Virus record (IMG/VR): IMGVR_UViG_3300033129_000617
Coordinates: 1 to 28,572 of that record
Strand: one strand, 5' to 3'
From: a virus
Lineage: Duplodnaviria; Caudoviricetes
Length of the DNA stretch: 28,572 nucleotides
The position numbers and the translations under genes are program-made. Position 1 is the stretch's first letter; each line of letters starts with the position of its first letter. Shown in pieces: positions 9,011 through 16,711 of the stretch. The notes under the pieces were generated by a model. That model saw nothing but the letters and a program-made list of their open reading frames with translations. It ran no database searches and was not told where the DNA came from.

Positions 9011-9318
9011 ACTTTCCTGTAAAAGTTATGCCTGTACTCTCCGAATACATGAGGCTCTTTCTTGTAAATATAACAAACTGAAAAATAAAAACTACTGAGA
9101 GGCTTCATAAAGCCCATGAGGTTATTGTAAAAATACGTTCTTTCCTTTTTTAAATCATCTACATTTACCCCTGATGCTGCCAATAGATCAGGAGTATTAA
9201 GCAATCTATCCAGCCCTCTCAGGTAATCAAAATAAAATCTAACATAATCAATTTTATCAGCCATGCCGTAGCGTTTCTGAAAATTGTAATTATACTGCCC
9301 ATCTCTTTTGAAATTCAT
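9007..9318 (-). CDS. Hypothetical protein (103 aa)
   Basis: ORF preceded by a (TAAAACC)3 leader. ATGA overlap with the next gene. Confidence 0.7.
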   Translation of the reverse strand: MNFKRDGQYNYNFQKRYGMADKIDYVRFYFDYLRGLDRLLNTPDLLAASGVNVDDLKKERTYFYNNLMGFMKPLSSFYFSVCYIYKKEPHVFGEYRHNFYRKV

Positions 9319-9319
9319 A

Positions 9320-9340
9320 GGTTTTAGGTTTTAGGTTTTA
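9320..9340 (-). repeat. (TAAAACC)x3 leader repeat directly before ATG 9318
   Basis: Plus strand ggtttta x3. The same unit precedes starts at 12625, 13404, 14784 and 16672. Confidence 0.9.
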
Positions 9341-9341
9341 T

Positions 9342-9512
9342 TTATGATCCGCATCCAAAGCATTCAAAGCTGGAGCTCTCAGGCTTTTTATACTGCTGCT
9401 CCTGATCCTTTAGCTCTTTAATCCTTTTGTAAATCTCTGCATCATGCTCTGAAAAATCCCCTCTCAGCTGGAGGGTTAATGCCTCTATAGTTTGGTAATT
9501 TTGCATATCCAT
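9342..9512 (-). CDS. Unannotated 56-aa protein ending in CxxCGS
   Basis: MDMQNYQTIEALTLQLRGDFSEHDAEIYKRIKELKDQEQQYKKPESSSFECFGCGS. It fills the gap, uses genome-typical codons and has a promoter just upstream. Confidence 0.8.
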   Translation of the reverse strand: MDMQNYQTIEALTLQLRGDFSEHDAEIYKRIKELKDQEQQYKKPESSSFECFGCGS

Positions 9513-9517
9513 AATTA

Positions 9518-9530
9518 CAAATATAGCCGC
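9518..9530 (-). promoter_or_regulatory. Bacteroidota-type -7 promoter element GCGGC-TATATTTG
   Basis: Matches TAnnTTTG in an intergenic gap. Nearly identical to 14805-14817. Confidence 0.65.
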
Positions 9531-9854
9531 TTAATTTTTGTAGTTATTTTTTTTAACATTTTTCGGTAGCTCAGTTTTACTCATTTTGCTCATAAAATCA
9601 TGCAGCATAGTATTTACATTATGCATCATTTTATCCTGAGCTAGCTCTATATACTCTGAAAAATCCAGCATAATAGTAGAGGCAGTTAATAGGCTCATCC
9701 CTAGCACATCATTTCCCTCCTCTTTAGATTTTTTATGGAGATCATTTAGCAGCTCTATCATTAGCAGATAAATCTCAAAGGGAGATGCATTATTTTTAAT
9801 TGCATCCTCTAGCTTAGTTTCTATGTTTGGAGTAATTAGTATCTTTTCTTTCAT
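9531..9854 (-). CDS. Hypothetical protein (107 aa)
   Basis: Co-oriented ORF, tightly packed. Confidence 0.7.
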   Translation of the reverse strand: MKEKILITPNIETKLEDAIKNNASPFEIYLLMIELLNDLHKKSKEEGNDVLGMSLLTASTIMLDFSEYIELAQDKMMHNVNTMLHDFMSKMSKTELPKNVKKNNYKN

Positions 9855-9865
9855 AGCTTTTCAAT

Positions 9866-10333
9866 TTAACTGCCTACCTCAAAATGCATCCAATCATAAT
9901 TTTTAGCTCTACCTAGAGAGATAAAGCCATGCCTATAGAAAATATCTATCATGGGCTTATACTGAGGCTTAGCGAATTGAGCAGTTTTAGCTGTAGCTTT
10001 TAATCCATTCCTTGCAGGATCTAGATCAATGGCAATCCCCCAGCTATGCCTGCTATAATCATTCCCTCCTCTCATCTTTCTAAAAGCAAAGCATCCCCCG
10101 AAAAGGTCAATACCTAGAGCTCTGATCTGCTCTAATCCATAATGAGCTAGAATATCAGTAAAGATATTTGTAACCTGAGTAGCTACTAAACTATGAACTC
10201 TCATTTTTGTAATAGTATTTTTAGGATCCCATGCTAATCTCATAGGATATGGTAGGGTAATAGTTACTAGATAATCAGAGCCATCATCATCAGGATCTCC
10301 GTACTTTCTAATAATTTGTTCAGTAGTTAGCAT
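9866..10333 (-). CDS. Endolysin, M15-family Zn peptidase
   Basis: 'R....[10 protein letters not shown]' (SxHxxxxxxD) and 'DWMHFE' Zn-binding motifs. Confidence 0.9.
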   Translation of the reverse strand: MLTTEQIIRKYGDPDDDGSDYLVTITLPYPMRLAWDPKNTITKMRVHSLVATQVTNIFTDILAHYGLEQIRALGIDLFGGCFAFRKMRGGNDYSRHSWGIAIDLDPARNGLKATAKTAQFAKPQYKPMIDIFYRHGFISLGRAKNYDWMHFEVGS

Positions 10334-10336
10334 AGT

Positions 10337-10567
10337 TTATTTTTTAAATTTGTTTTTAAAATACTCAGAGCCATAGGCTAGATCAGATGCCCCATTTCCA
10401 TAATTAAAAGCCTCTATGATCTGCTCCTTCTCCATTGCTTTGGCTTTCTCTAGAGCATCTATAGGTAAATGGAAAATAATGGTATCAGGCTTATCTGCCC
10501 ATTTGCATCTAGTTCCATCTATAAACTGATCCATTAACCATTGAACAGCTGTATTTTCTTGTTTCAT
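10337..10567 (-). CDS. Small protein of the 'MKQ..TAV.W...AKAMEKEQII.A' family, copy 2
   Basis: Paralogous to 10564..10767. Confidence 0.8.
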   Translation of the reverse strand: MKQENTAVQWLMDQFIDGTRCKWADKPDTIIFHLPIDALEKAKAMEKEQIIEAFNYGNGASDLAYGSEYFKNKFKK

Positions 10568-10767
10568 TTGCCGTAAATTTCGTTGTAGTATGTTTCTCCG
10601 TCATCTTTTATTTCATCACAATTAGGATCATAATAATAAGCATCTATTATCTGTTCCTTCTCCATTGCTTTGGCTTCTTTATATGCTTCTAACATATCAT
10701 TACCAATAAAGTATTGCATTCTTTCAAGTTCACTAAAGAACCACTCTACTGCTGTTTGTTGTTTCAT
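10564..10767 (-). CDS. Small protein of the 'MKQ..TAV.W...AKAMEKEQII.A' family, copy 1
   Basis: Paralogous to 10337..10567, with atypical codon usage. Confidence 0.8.
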   Translation of the reverse strand: MKQQTAVEWFFSELERMQYFIGNDMLEAYKEAKAMEKEQIIDAYYYDPNCDEIKDDGETYYNEIYGK

Positions 10768-10768
10768 T

Positions 10769-11089
10769 TTATACCTCCGTTATTGTTACTTTATATTTAG
10801 CCTCTATTATCTTTTTCTTTAATCTATATAGAGGTAGCTTTTTAGTTACTTCTGATTTTACATCTTCAATAACTAGCTTTTTTTTCTTTACATCAAAGTA
10901 GGCAAAATCTGCGATGTAATTAAAAACTTTTTCCCCATTCATGTAAAAGGGCATTTTTACCTGCAGCTTTAAATCTATGATCTCTCCTGCTCTTACTAGG
11001 AGCTTTAGCTGCTGGTATCTGCCAGCCTCTTTTTTGCTATCAAAGATATGCCCATCTAGCTCCGTTTTAATGTTATGATATTTGCTCAT
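10769..11089 (-). CDS. DUF1064-family PD-(D/E)XK endonuclease
   Basis: 'SKY.N.KT..DG..FDSKKEA.RY..L....G.I..L.LQ....YIADF.Y....VIEDVKS....YRLKKK'. Confidence 0.9.
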   Translation of the reverse strand: MSKYHNIKTELDGHIFDSKKEAGRYQQLKLLVRAGEIIDLKLQVKMPFYMNGEKVFNYIADFAYFDVKKKKLVIEDVKSEVTKKLPLYRLKKKIIEAKYKVTITEV

Positions 11090-11294
11090 CTGCTATCAGG
11101 TTTAAAAGGTCGTAATAGGTGTTAGTTAGTTTAAAAGTTTCTCCCTCAGTTAGCTCAGGATTTTTGAGGCTCTTAGCTACAAATTTTAGGGCTGCCTTAG
11201 CTGCCTCTACCTCTGAGATAATAATTACCTCAGTATCTACCTGAGCTCTAGAAAATCTCTCCAGCAGGGCATTAGTATAATCAGATCTGCTCAT
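11073..11294 (-). CDS. Hypothetical protein (73 aa)
   Basis: Overlaps both neighbours, consistent with translational coupling. Confidence 0.65.
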   Translation of the reverse strand: MSRSDYTNALLERFSRAQVDTEVIIISEVEAAKAALKFVAKSLKNPELTEGETFKLTNTYYDLLNLIADEQIS

Positions 11295-11497
11295 GCTTTT
11301 CTTTTTAGCTTTATTCTTTTCTGATCTATCAGGTAGTAAAAGGTTTTTACTCTGAGATCTGATCCAATGCCTAGAGCTATCTGAAAATCCTCATAGCTTA
11401 TCAGTTTATCATCTAGGTAAATATCATAGCTTTTAGTTACCTGATAGAGCCTACTTGGAAATATAAAATCGGTTTCTTTCTTTGTAGTTTTCATCAA
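11291..11497 (-). CDS. Hypothetical protein (68 aa)
   Basis: Co-oriented and overlapping its neighbours. Confidence 0.6.
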   Translation of the reverse strand: MMKTTKKETDFIFPSRLYQVTKSYDIYLDDKLISYEDFQIALGIGSDLRVKTFYYLIDQKRIKLKRKA

Positions 11498-11714
11498 TTT
11501 TCTTTTTTACTGATCTCAGATTATCAGCCTCATTTAATGAGGTAGCAGCTTCAATCTTAGCATCTATGTAGCTATCTACTTTCTCTAGTGTATCTAGCTC
11601 TAGCTGATAGATATTTAGGCTATTAGTAGCCTGATACAGGGTATAAAGTTCTTTTCTAAATCTCCAATAAATCTGAGCTGCTTTTACATCAGAGCTTAAT
11701 AAGGTTTCATACAT
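11451..11714 (-). CDS. Hypothetical protein (87 aa)
   Basis: Co-oriented and overlapping its neighbours. Confidence 0.65.
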   Translation of the reverse strand: MYETLLSSDVKAAQIYWRFRKELYTLYQATNSLNIYQLELDTLEKVDSYIDAKIEAATSLNEADNLRSVKKKIDENYKERNRFYISK

Positions 11715-12423
11715 GGTTAATAAAATTATCTAGTTTACTTAATAGGTATTTATGCATAGCCTCATCCTCTATAAATCTCTGCAGGGCATAGGCTTTAGCT
11801 CTAAATGATAGATCTCTACTCTGCTGAGGCATAACTAGAGAGGCTATCATGCTCTTTATATTTTTCCCCTCAAAATATCCTGCATGGTTAGCAGCCATTT
11901 CCAGCTCATGGATAGCATCCTGATAATCATTATCCTCTAGGGTTATCTCTGAGAGCTTATGCTTTAGGATAAAATCATAGACAACTGATGCAGGGATAAA
12001 AGGAAAAGTATCTGCTACAGCTCCTAGCCCTCTGCTGGAGAGTAGATCTAGATATGGGATAACTACTGATGAGGCGAAATCTATCTGCCTAGCTTTAATT
12101 ACCTCCTCTGATGGGATCTCATACAGATCATAGCTATTAGATCTATCCTGTTTATTAGCTGCAGCTTTCTCTGCTGAGATGATTTTAAAGATGATAAATG
12201 GAGAGCATTTAAATACTTCATGCTTTTTCCTGCCCTGAGTAAATAGATCATCCAGCTCATCTGCTTTTAGGTTAGGGATGGAGGATAGATCAGCTGCTAG
12301 AGATCCTGCAGATAGGGCTAAATCCTCAGCCTCTGCATTAGTTCCATAGTAATTATAGGCAGTAGCTAGCAGATTTACTGCTACTATTTTCTGCTCCTGC
12401 TTACTTAGTTCTTTAAAAAGCAT
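11707..12423 (-). CDS. Hypothetical protein (238 aa); positional candidate for a helicase loader/recruiter
   Basis: Helical ORF two genes downstream of the initiator. No Walker motif seen, so the function rests on position only. Confidence 0.45.
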   Translation of the reverse strand: MLFKELSKQEQKIVAVNLLATAYNYYGTNAEAEDLALSAGSLAADLSSIPNLKADELDDLFTQGRKKHEVFKCSPFIIFKIISAEKAAANKQDRSNSYDLYEIPSEEVIKARQIDFASSVVIPYLDLLSSRGLGAVADTFPFIPASVVYDFILKHKLSEITLEDNDYQDAIHELEMAANHAGYFEGKNIKSMIASLVMPQQSRDLSFRAKAYALQRFIEDEAMHKYLLSKLDNFINHV

Positions 12424-12424
12424 T

Positions 12425-12625
12425 TTAAAAAATGTTTACTTCCTTAACTGCTCTATCTACAGAGGCATTATCCCATCCGAGATCATAGAGAGCTAAAAAT
12501 GTAGAGCTAACAATAGAAGTAAGATTATCATAATCTCCTGTATATGGGAGCTGGATCTTTACTTCTTTAGTTTCTTCTCCGATTTCAGTTACAAAACTGA
12601 TAGTGAATTTTGGTGATTTTTCCAT
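12425..12625 (-). CDS. Hypothetical protein (66 aa)
   Basis: ORF with its own -7 element and a TAAAACCTAAA leader. Confidence 0.7.
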   Translation of the reverse strand: MEKSPKFTISFVTEIGEETKEVKIQLPYTGDYDNLTSIVSSTFLALYDLGWDNASVDRAVKEVNIF

Positions 12626-12645
12626 TTTTTTAGGTTTTATGTTTA

Positions 12646-12653
12646 CAAAAGTA
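12646..12653 (-). promoter_or_regulatory. -7 promoter element TACTTTTG
   Basis: TAnnTTTG in a 29-bp gap, upstream of the TAAAACC leader. Confidence 0.55.
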
Positions 12654-12654
12654 T

Positions 12655-13404
12655 TTATTTTTTCTGAGCTAAAATATCTAGAGCTTCCTGCTGTTTACTT
12701 TTTAACGATTTTTTAGAGGTCGCTTTATTCTTGATCTCTGAGAGTTTTCTGCAGTAGTTAGCAAAATGCCTCAGGATCTCCTGATACTTTGCATAGGTAG
12801 AGCCCTGTAGCCTTGCATGGTTAATAAATTCCTCCCTAGCTAGAGCATAATCCTCTGAGCTTATTCCAGCATTCATGCAGTAGGTTTCTAGATGCATCTG
12901 ATCCTCTGCAAACTGCTCTAAAAGTTTCTCTGTTAATCCCTTAATATCATCATAATAATATTTAGTATTTACTTCTTTACCTATATATAAGGAGTGCCTA
13001 TGCATTTTTTGTATAGGCATTTGTTGAGGCACTTGTATAGGCATAGCATTTTGCTCCTGCATTTTTTGCATAGGCAAATGAGTAGGCAAATGAGTAGGCT
13101 CTGATGGGATGCCCAGCTTGATCTCTACCTGCATAGTCCTATACTGATTTTTAGCCTCAGAGATGATGGAAATAAATGAGGCATTTTTAAGCCTTTCTAG
13201 GCTCTTGTAAATCGTTCTAGTATCTACGCCTATTATTTGGCTTATCTCCTCGCTATAAAGAGATAAATGCCCTCTACTGCGATTTAAATTGTAAAGATGG
13301 GAGATATAAAAAGCTACTGCAAAATCTATAGGCTTAGCTCCTACGTTTGGCAGATAATCAAAGATCCATCTGCTGATACTATAGCCATCATATTTTTTAC
13401 TCAT
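12655..13404 (-). CDS. Replication initiator (lambda O-like architecture)
   Basis: N-terminal winged HTH (EEISQIIGVDTRTIYKSLERLKNASFI), a repetitive central linker encoded by DNA repeats, and a helical C-terminal domain. Confidence 0.75.
   Translation of the reverse strand: MSKKYDGYSISRWIFDYLPNVGAKPIDFAVAFYISHLYNLNRSRGHLSLYSEEISQIIGVDTRTIYKSLERLKNASFISIISEAKNQYRTMQVEIKLGIPSEPTHLPTHLPMQKMQEQNAMPIQVPQQMPIQKMHRHSLYIGKEVNTKYYYDDIKGLTEKLLEQFAEDQMHLETYCMNAGISSEDYALAREEFINHARLQGSTYAKYQEILRHFANYCRKLSEIKNKATSKKSLKSKQQEALDILAQKK
12961..13100. repeat. Putative replication origin: iteron-like repeats plus an AT-rich flank inside the initiator gene
   Basis: AGGC(A) cores at 13015, 13027, 13039 and at 13072, 13084, 13096 (12-bp period). 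TGCATTTTTTGYATAGGCA at 13001 and 13058. Inverted TGCCTA at 12995. Confidence 0.65.
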
Positions 13405-13420
13405 GGTTTTAGGTTTTAGG

Positions 13421-13428
13421 CAAAGATA
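13421..13428 (-). promoter_or_regulatory. -7 promoter element TATCTTTG for the initiator gene
   Basis: TAnnTTTG followed by (TAAAACC)2 and ATG. Confidence 0.65.
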
Positions 13429-13460
13429 AAAAAGCTCCCCTATCAGGAGAGCCTTTTTTT
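13428..13460 (-). terminator. Intrinsic terminator, possibly bidirectional
   Basis: GCTCTCCT-GAT-AGGGGAGC then T6 on the minus strand. T7 on the plus side. Confidence 0.75.
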
Positions 13461-13677
13461 ACTTTTGGAGATTATTTAGCTTTTCCTTTAGCAGCATAGT
13501 TAGCTCTAGGCTGATCTGAAGATTATCCTCAGCATTGATTTTAAATGGCTGTTTATGGTAGTATTTATCCATGAATAGCTGCAGCATCTTTTCTATCTGT
13601 AGTTTATGCTTAGGATCATTCGCTGGATGAGATACTATCCTATCTAGTTTCTGATAATCTTTAATAATGCCCATCAT
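13459..13677 (-). CDS. Hypothetical protein (72 aa)
   Basis: ATGA overlap with the upstream gene. Confidence 0.65.
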   Translation of the reverse strand: MMGIIKDYQKLDRIVSHPANDPKHKLQIEKMLQLFMDKYYHKQPFKINAEDNLQISLELTMLLKEKLNNLQK

Positions 13678-14141
13678 AACAAACTAATTTTAACTGATGT
13701 GGTAGAGTATTTTTTAGGAGGATAGATCTCATAGCTCTCCCCTGTTTCAGGATGGATAACTGCTGTAGGCTTGGTAATAGTTTTTAGCATTTTCTCTCTC
13801 TCCTTAAATAGTTTTTCTAGCTCCTGCTGCTTTTCTAATAGTTCCTGATAGTATAGATCTTTGCAGCTCTCATAATCATATCTACTCCCTACCTCTGCTA
13901 TGCTGAATTTAGCACCATGCAGGCAATCACCAGCTTTACCATACTTCTCAGCCTCAGCCAATGCATAAAAATCTATCTCTTTTATAGCCTTAGCTAATGC
14001 CTCCTGCAGGATCTTAGCCTTAATTTTTACCTCCAATGGGTTAGCTCCTCCCTCATCTACTGCATTAATGATAGCTGATGAGATGAGATCTGCAGAGGCT
14101 TTACCATTAAGCCCCTGCATGATAGTTAATAAATTATCCAT
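13674..14141 (-). CDS. Hypothetical recombination-module protein (155 aa)
   Basis: Follows ERF. Coiled coil with '.YDY..C.D', 'EREK.LK' and 'ETGE' motifs. Confidence 0.6.
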   Translation of the reverse strand: MDNLLTIMQGLNGKASADLISSAIINAVDEGGANPLEVKIKAKILQEALAKAIKEIDFYALAEAEKYGKAGDCLHGAKFSIAEVGSRYDYESCKDLYYQELLEKQQELEKLFKEREKMLKTITKPTAVIHPETGESYEIYPPKKYSTTSVKISLL

Positions 14142-14784
14142 TAATATCTTCCTTTACTTTATTCCACTTTTTAGCCTGCTCATCTGAGAGCATATAGTTA
14201 TTAAATAAATAGCTCTCTATTTTAGCTCTCTCTGCTGCTGCTCCTGCTTCCTGATATCTAACTATAGCTCTAATAAATAGCTCCTCTGATACTTGCTCTA
14301 ATACTTTCTCCTGAGCTTTCTCTACAGGCTTAGCTGCTACAGGCTCAGGCTTACTATATACAGGCTTAGCCTCAGGTTTTTTAGGAGCTGCTTTATCATG
14401 CTGATTAGTAGCATCTGCATCCTTATTATCATCAATCAGTAGCAGAGCATTTAGGGCATACTTTCTAGCATAGCTGGATGCTGCTCCTGTAATCTGAGAT
14501 CCATCCATGCCCTTTTTATTCTCCTCCTCCCTAGCAAATGAGGTAGAAAAGATAGTATCTATCCCATCAGTATAGATAGCAGTAGCTTTAATATAGTACC
14601 TCTCCCCTATTAGCATGATCTCATCCTGCAGATAGAGAGAGATGCCCTCAGGTAGCAGAGGTTTTACACCCTCTACTATATCCTCACAGGATCTGTAGCT
14701 ATAGCCTCCAAACTTATTAAACTGATTTTTAGGAGCTTTTAATTTTACCTGTAGCTCTCTCAGGCTTTTTACCAATTTTTCCAT
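14134..14784 (-). CDS. erf: ERF-family single-strand annealing protein
   Basis: 'LKAPKNQFNKFG.Y.YRSCEDI.E.VKPLL' and 'KGMD.SQITGAASSYARKYAL......D..KDADA'. Confidence 0.92.
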   Translation of the reverse strand: MEKLVKSLRELQVKLKAPKNQFNKFGGYSYRSCEDIVEGVKPLLPEGISLYLQDEIMLIGERYYIKATAIYTDGIDTIFSTSFAREEENKKGMDGSQITGAASSYARKYALNALLLIDDNKDADATNQHDKAAPKKPEAKPVYSKPEPVAAKPVEKAQEKVLEQVSEELFIRAIVRYQEAGAAAERAKIESYLFNNYMLSDEQAKKWNKVKEDING

Positions 14785-14804
14785 ATTGTTTAGGTTTTAC
14801 TTGA

Positions 14805-14817
14805 CAAATATAACCGC
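14805..14817 (-). promoter_or_regulatory. -7 promoter element GCGGT-TATATTTG
   Basis: TAnnTTTG upstream of the TAAAACCTAAACAATATG start of erf. Confidence 0.65.
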
Positions 14818-14824
14818 TATTTTG

Positions 14825-15073
14825 TTAGCTGTTTCTTTTTTTACTTTTTTTAGGATATTCGCCTACCTGCCTATTATGGATGTACCTGATTAAAGTAGAT
14901 ACCATTTTTAGCTGTAGATCTTTCCTGATGCTGCCGCCATTTAAGGCTTTCCTGATAGTAGCTCTATTTACTTTAGATGATAGATGTAGCTCCTCTCTAG
15001 TGATGGAGTATAGATCCATCTGATTTAAAAAAGCCTCTCTAGTATCCTCAGGCATTATGATCATGTTACTCAT
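14825..15073 (-). CDS. Small HTH (Cro/Xre-like) DNA-binding protein
   Basis: 'ITREELHLSSKVNRATIRKALNG' helix-turn-helix pattern. Confidence 0.7.
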   Translation of the reverse strand: MSNMIIMPEDTREAFLNQMDLYSITREELHLSSKVNRATIRKALNGGSIRKDLQLKMVSTLIRYIHNRQVGEYPKKSKKRNS

Positions 15074-15380
15074 TTACTGATGCAATTAAAATTATCTGAT
15101 ACATTTTAGATTTTAGATTTACCTCTATCCTAGTGAGGTTAGTATTATTCTTTTTTATGCTAGGATCATAGAGCTCAGTAGGGATATAGCTAATACTTTC
15201 ATATCCATTATTTAGCCTGCCTACTGAGGTTTCATTTATGTATTTTACTAGCTCTCCATGAGTAAAATACTTTAGGCTGTAGATCTCCTTAATAAATGAT
15301 CCCTCTCCTACCCCAATGGTAGCAGCTGGATGGAAATTTACTAAATAGGCTACCTCAATATTTTTAAATGTTAGTTCCAT
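15066..15380 (-). CDS. Hypothetical protein (104 aa)
   Basis: TAATG coupling with the upstream gene. Confidence 0.65.
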   Translation of the reverse strand: MELTFKNIEVAYLVNFHPAATIGVGEGSFIKEIYSLKYFTHGELVKYINETSVGRLNNGYESISYIPTELYDPSIKKNNTNLTRIEVNLKSKMYQIILIASVNE

Positions 15381-15616
15381 TATTCGTTAATTAAAAGGGT
15401 GTTAGTATTGTTATCAGGGAAAAATCCTGAGGTAGCTTTACTCCTCTCAGTTACTTTTACATAATCTACTTCTACCTTAGCAGAGTTTACAATAACCTGA
15501 GCTATATCTGCTATAGCCTTAGCTCTATCTAGCTCTAATGGTTTCTCATCATCTAACAGGGCTTCCATTGTGGCGAAAAGATGATTACGCAAATCTTCAA
15601 TTTTGTTCTTTGGCAT
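15380..15616 (-). CDS. Conserved phage protein that accompanies HNH genes
   Basis: 'KN.I.DLRNHLF..ME.L.D......DRAKAI..IAQ.IVNSAKVEVDY'. Confidence 0.75.
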   Translation of the reverse strand: MPKNKIEDLRNHLFATMEALLDDEKPLELDRAKAIADIAQVIVNSAKVEVDYVKVTERSKATSGFFPDNNTNTLLINE

Positions 15617-16217
15617 TGATTTTATTTTTTAAGTTTTTTAAAATTTTGATTACTCCTACTAAATCAGATGGATAATTATGGATAGTATTTTTTAGCATAT
15701 TCTGTACCCTAGTTTGAATACCTAGATTTTCAATAGCTAGGTTATTTCTATTCCCATCCTTAAAGTAAACTATGTAGCCCTTAGGGATAGCTCCATGATG
15801 CAGCTCATAGATATAGGTATGCTTTTTAATGTACTTACCATTTGTTTTGATATAGGTATATCCATCTTTATCTACCCTCTCTGATCCATCAGGTTTAAAG
15901 TTTGGAGGCATAGTACCTTTTTTAAACATGGTTTTCTTTACCTTAGCATATACCTCTGCAGGCATTTTCTTTCCTTTGTTAAATGGCTCATGATCTTTAG
16001 AAAATCTATGAGCCTGCCCTGATGATTTTAATCTATCAGCCTGCCTCTGCAGTTCCATCTCTCTAAATGCTGGATCTTTTTTAATCCCTCTAGTAAAAGC
16101 TACATTATAAACACAACTCTCAGAGATAGATAAATGCTGAGCTATATCTTTTGCATATTGGTAGGGATAGTTTTTAATGATATACTCTACTTTATCCAAT
16201 GGGATCCTTTTGCTCAT
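15597..16217 (-). CDS. HNH-family endonuclease-like protein (start revised to MSKRIP at 16217)
   Basis: 'F.K...PFNKG' and 'FKKG..P.N' repeats, then 'H.YIYE..HG.IPKG..V.FKDGN..N..IENL'. ATGA overlap. Confidence 0.85.
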   Translation of the reverse strand: MSKRIPLDKVEYIIKNYPYQYAKDIAQHLSISESCVYNVAFTRGIKKDPAFREMELQRQADRLKSSGQAHRFSKDHEPFNKGKKMPAEVYAKVKKTMFKKGTMPPNFKPDGSERVDKDGYTYIKTNGKYIKKHTYIYELHHGAIPKGYIVYFKDGNRNNLAIENLGIQTRVQNMLKNTIHNYPSDLVGVIKILKNLKNKINAKEQN

Positions 16218-16429
16218 TCCTCTCCCTCCTGTAGCATCTCCTTGAATAGATGGAAAAATAGAGTAACTAGCACCCATACAAAAGCTAGAAAAGCCAGCAA
16301 TAAAATTGCTTTACCATTCCATGCAGATAGATCATAGCAATCTGCAGTAAATCCCATCAGCAGATAAATAGCTGCAGGGAGAGAGATGAGATAAAATGCC
16401 CATCTCAAAAATCCTTTTAAGTTTTTCAT
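16214..16429 (-). CDS. Early 2-TM membrane protein (71 aa)
   Basis: Two hydrophobic helices. Start context AAACAATATGAAAAAC. Confidence 0.75.
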   Translation of the reverse strand: MKNLKGFLRWAFYLISLPAAIYLLMGFTADCYDLSAWNGKAILLLAFLAFVWVLVTLFFHLFKEMLQEGEE

Positions 16430-16459
16430 ATTGTTTAAAGTTTAAAGGTTTCTACTTAA

Positions 16460-16672
16460 TTAGCCCTCAGCATCTACGATATAGGCTCTATAATCAAAGC
16501 CTACCCCTCCAGCATGATGATAATCTGAGGATAGAGATAGATCTAATACATCTGCTACCTCCTCTAGATAGTTAATAGCTTTCTCCTTACTTGCAAAATC
16601 CCTGCAGTAGTTAGGCTTTTCAGAGATATGCTGCTGCATAGGCTCTACTTTTACCTGATAAATAGTTTTCAT
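16460..16672 (-). CDS. First early gene, hypothetical (70 aa; start revised to MKTIYQ)
   Basis: The ORF track's longer start runs through the promoter. ATG 16672 follows AAAACCTAAAACCTAAAGAA. Confidence 0.7.
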   Translation of the reverse strand: MKTIYQVKVEPMQQHISEKPNYCRDFASKEKAINYLEEVADVLDLSLSSDYHHAGGVGFDYRAYIVDAEG

Positions 16673-16711
16673 TTCTTTAGGTTTTAGGTTTTTTGTTTCT
16701 TTACTATGTGA

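Noticed and set aside
12995-13100. CRISPR-like array
   Set aside because: The units are 12 bp, in frame within a gene and have no spacers. They fit iterons better.
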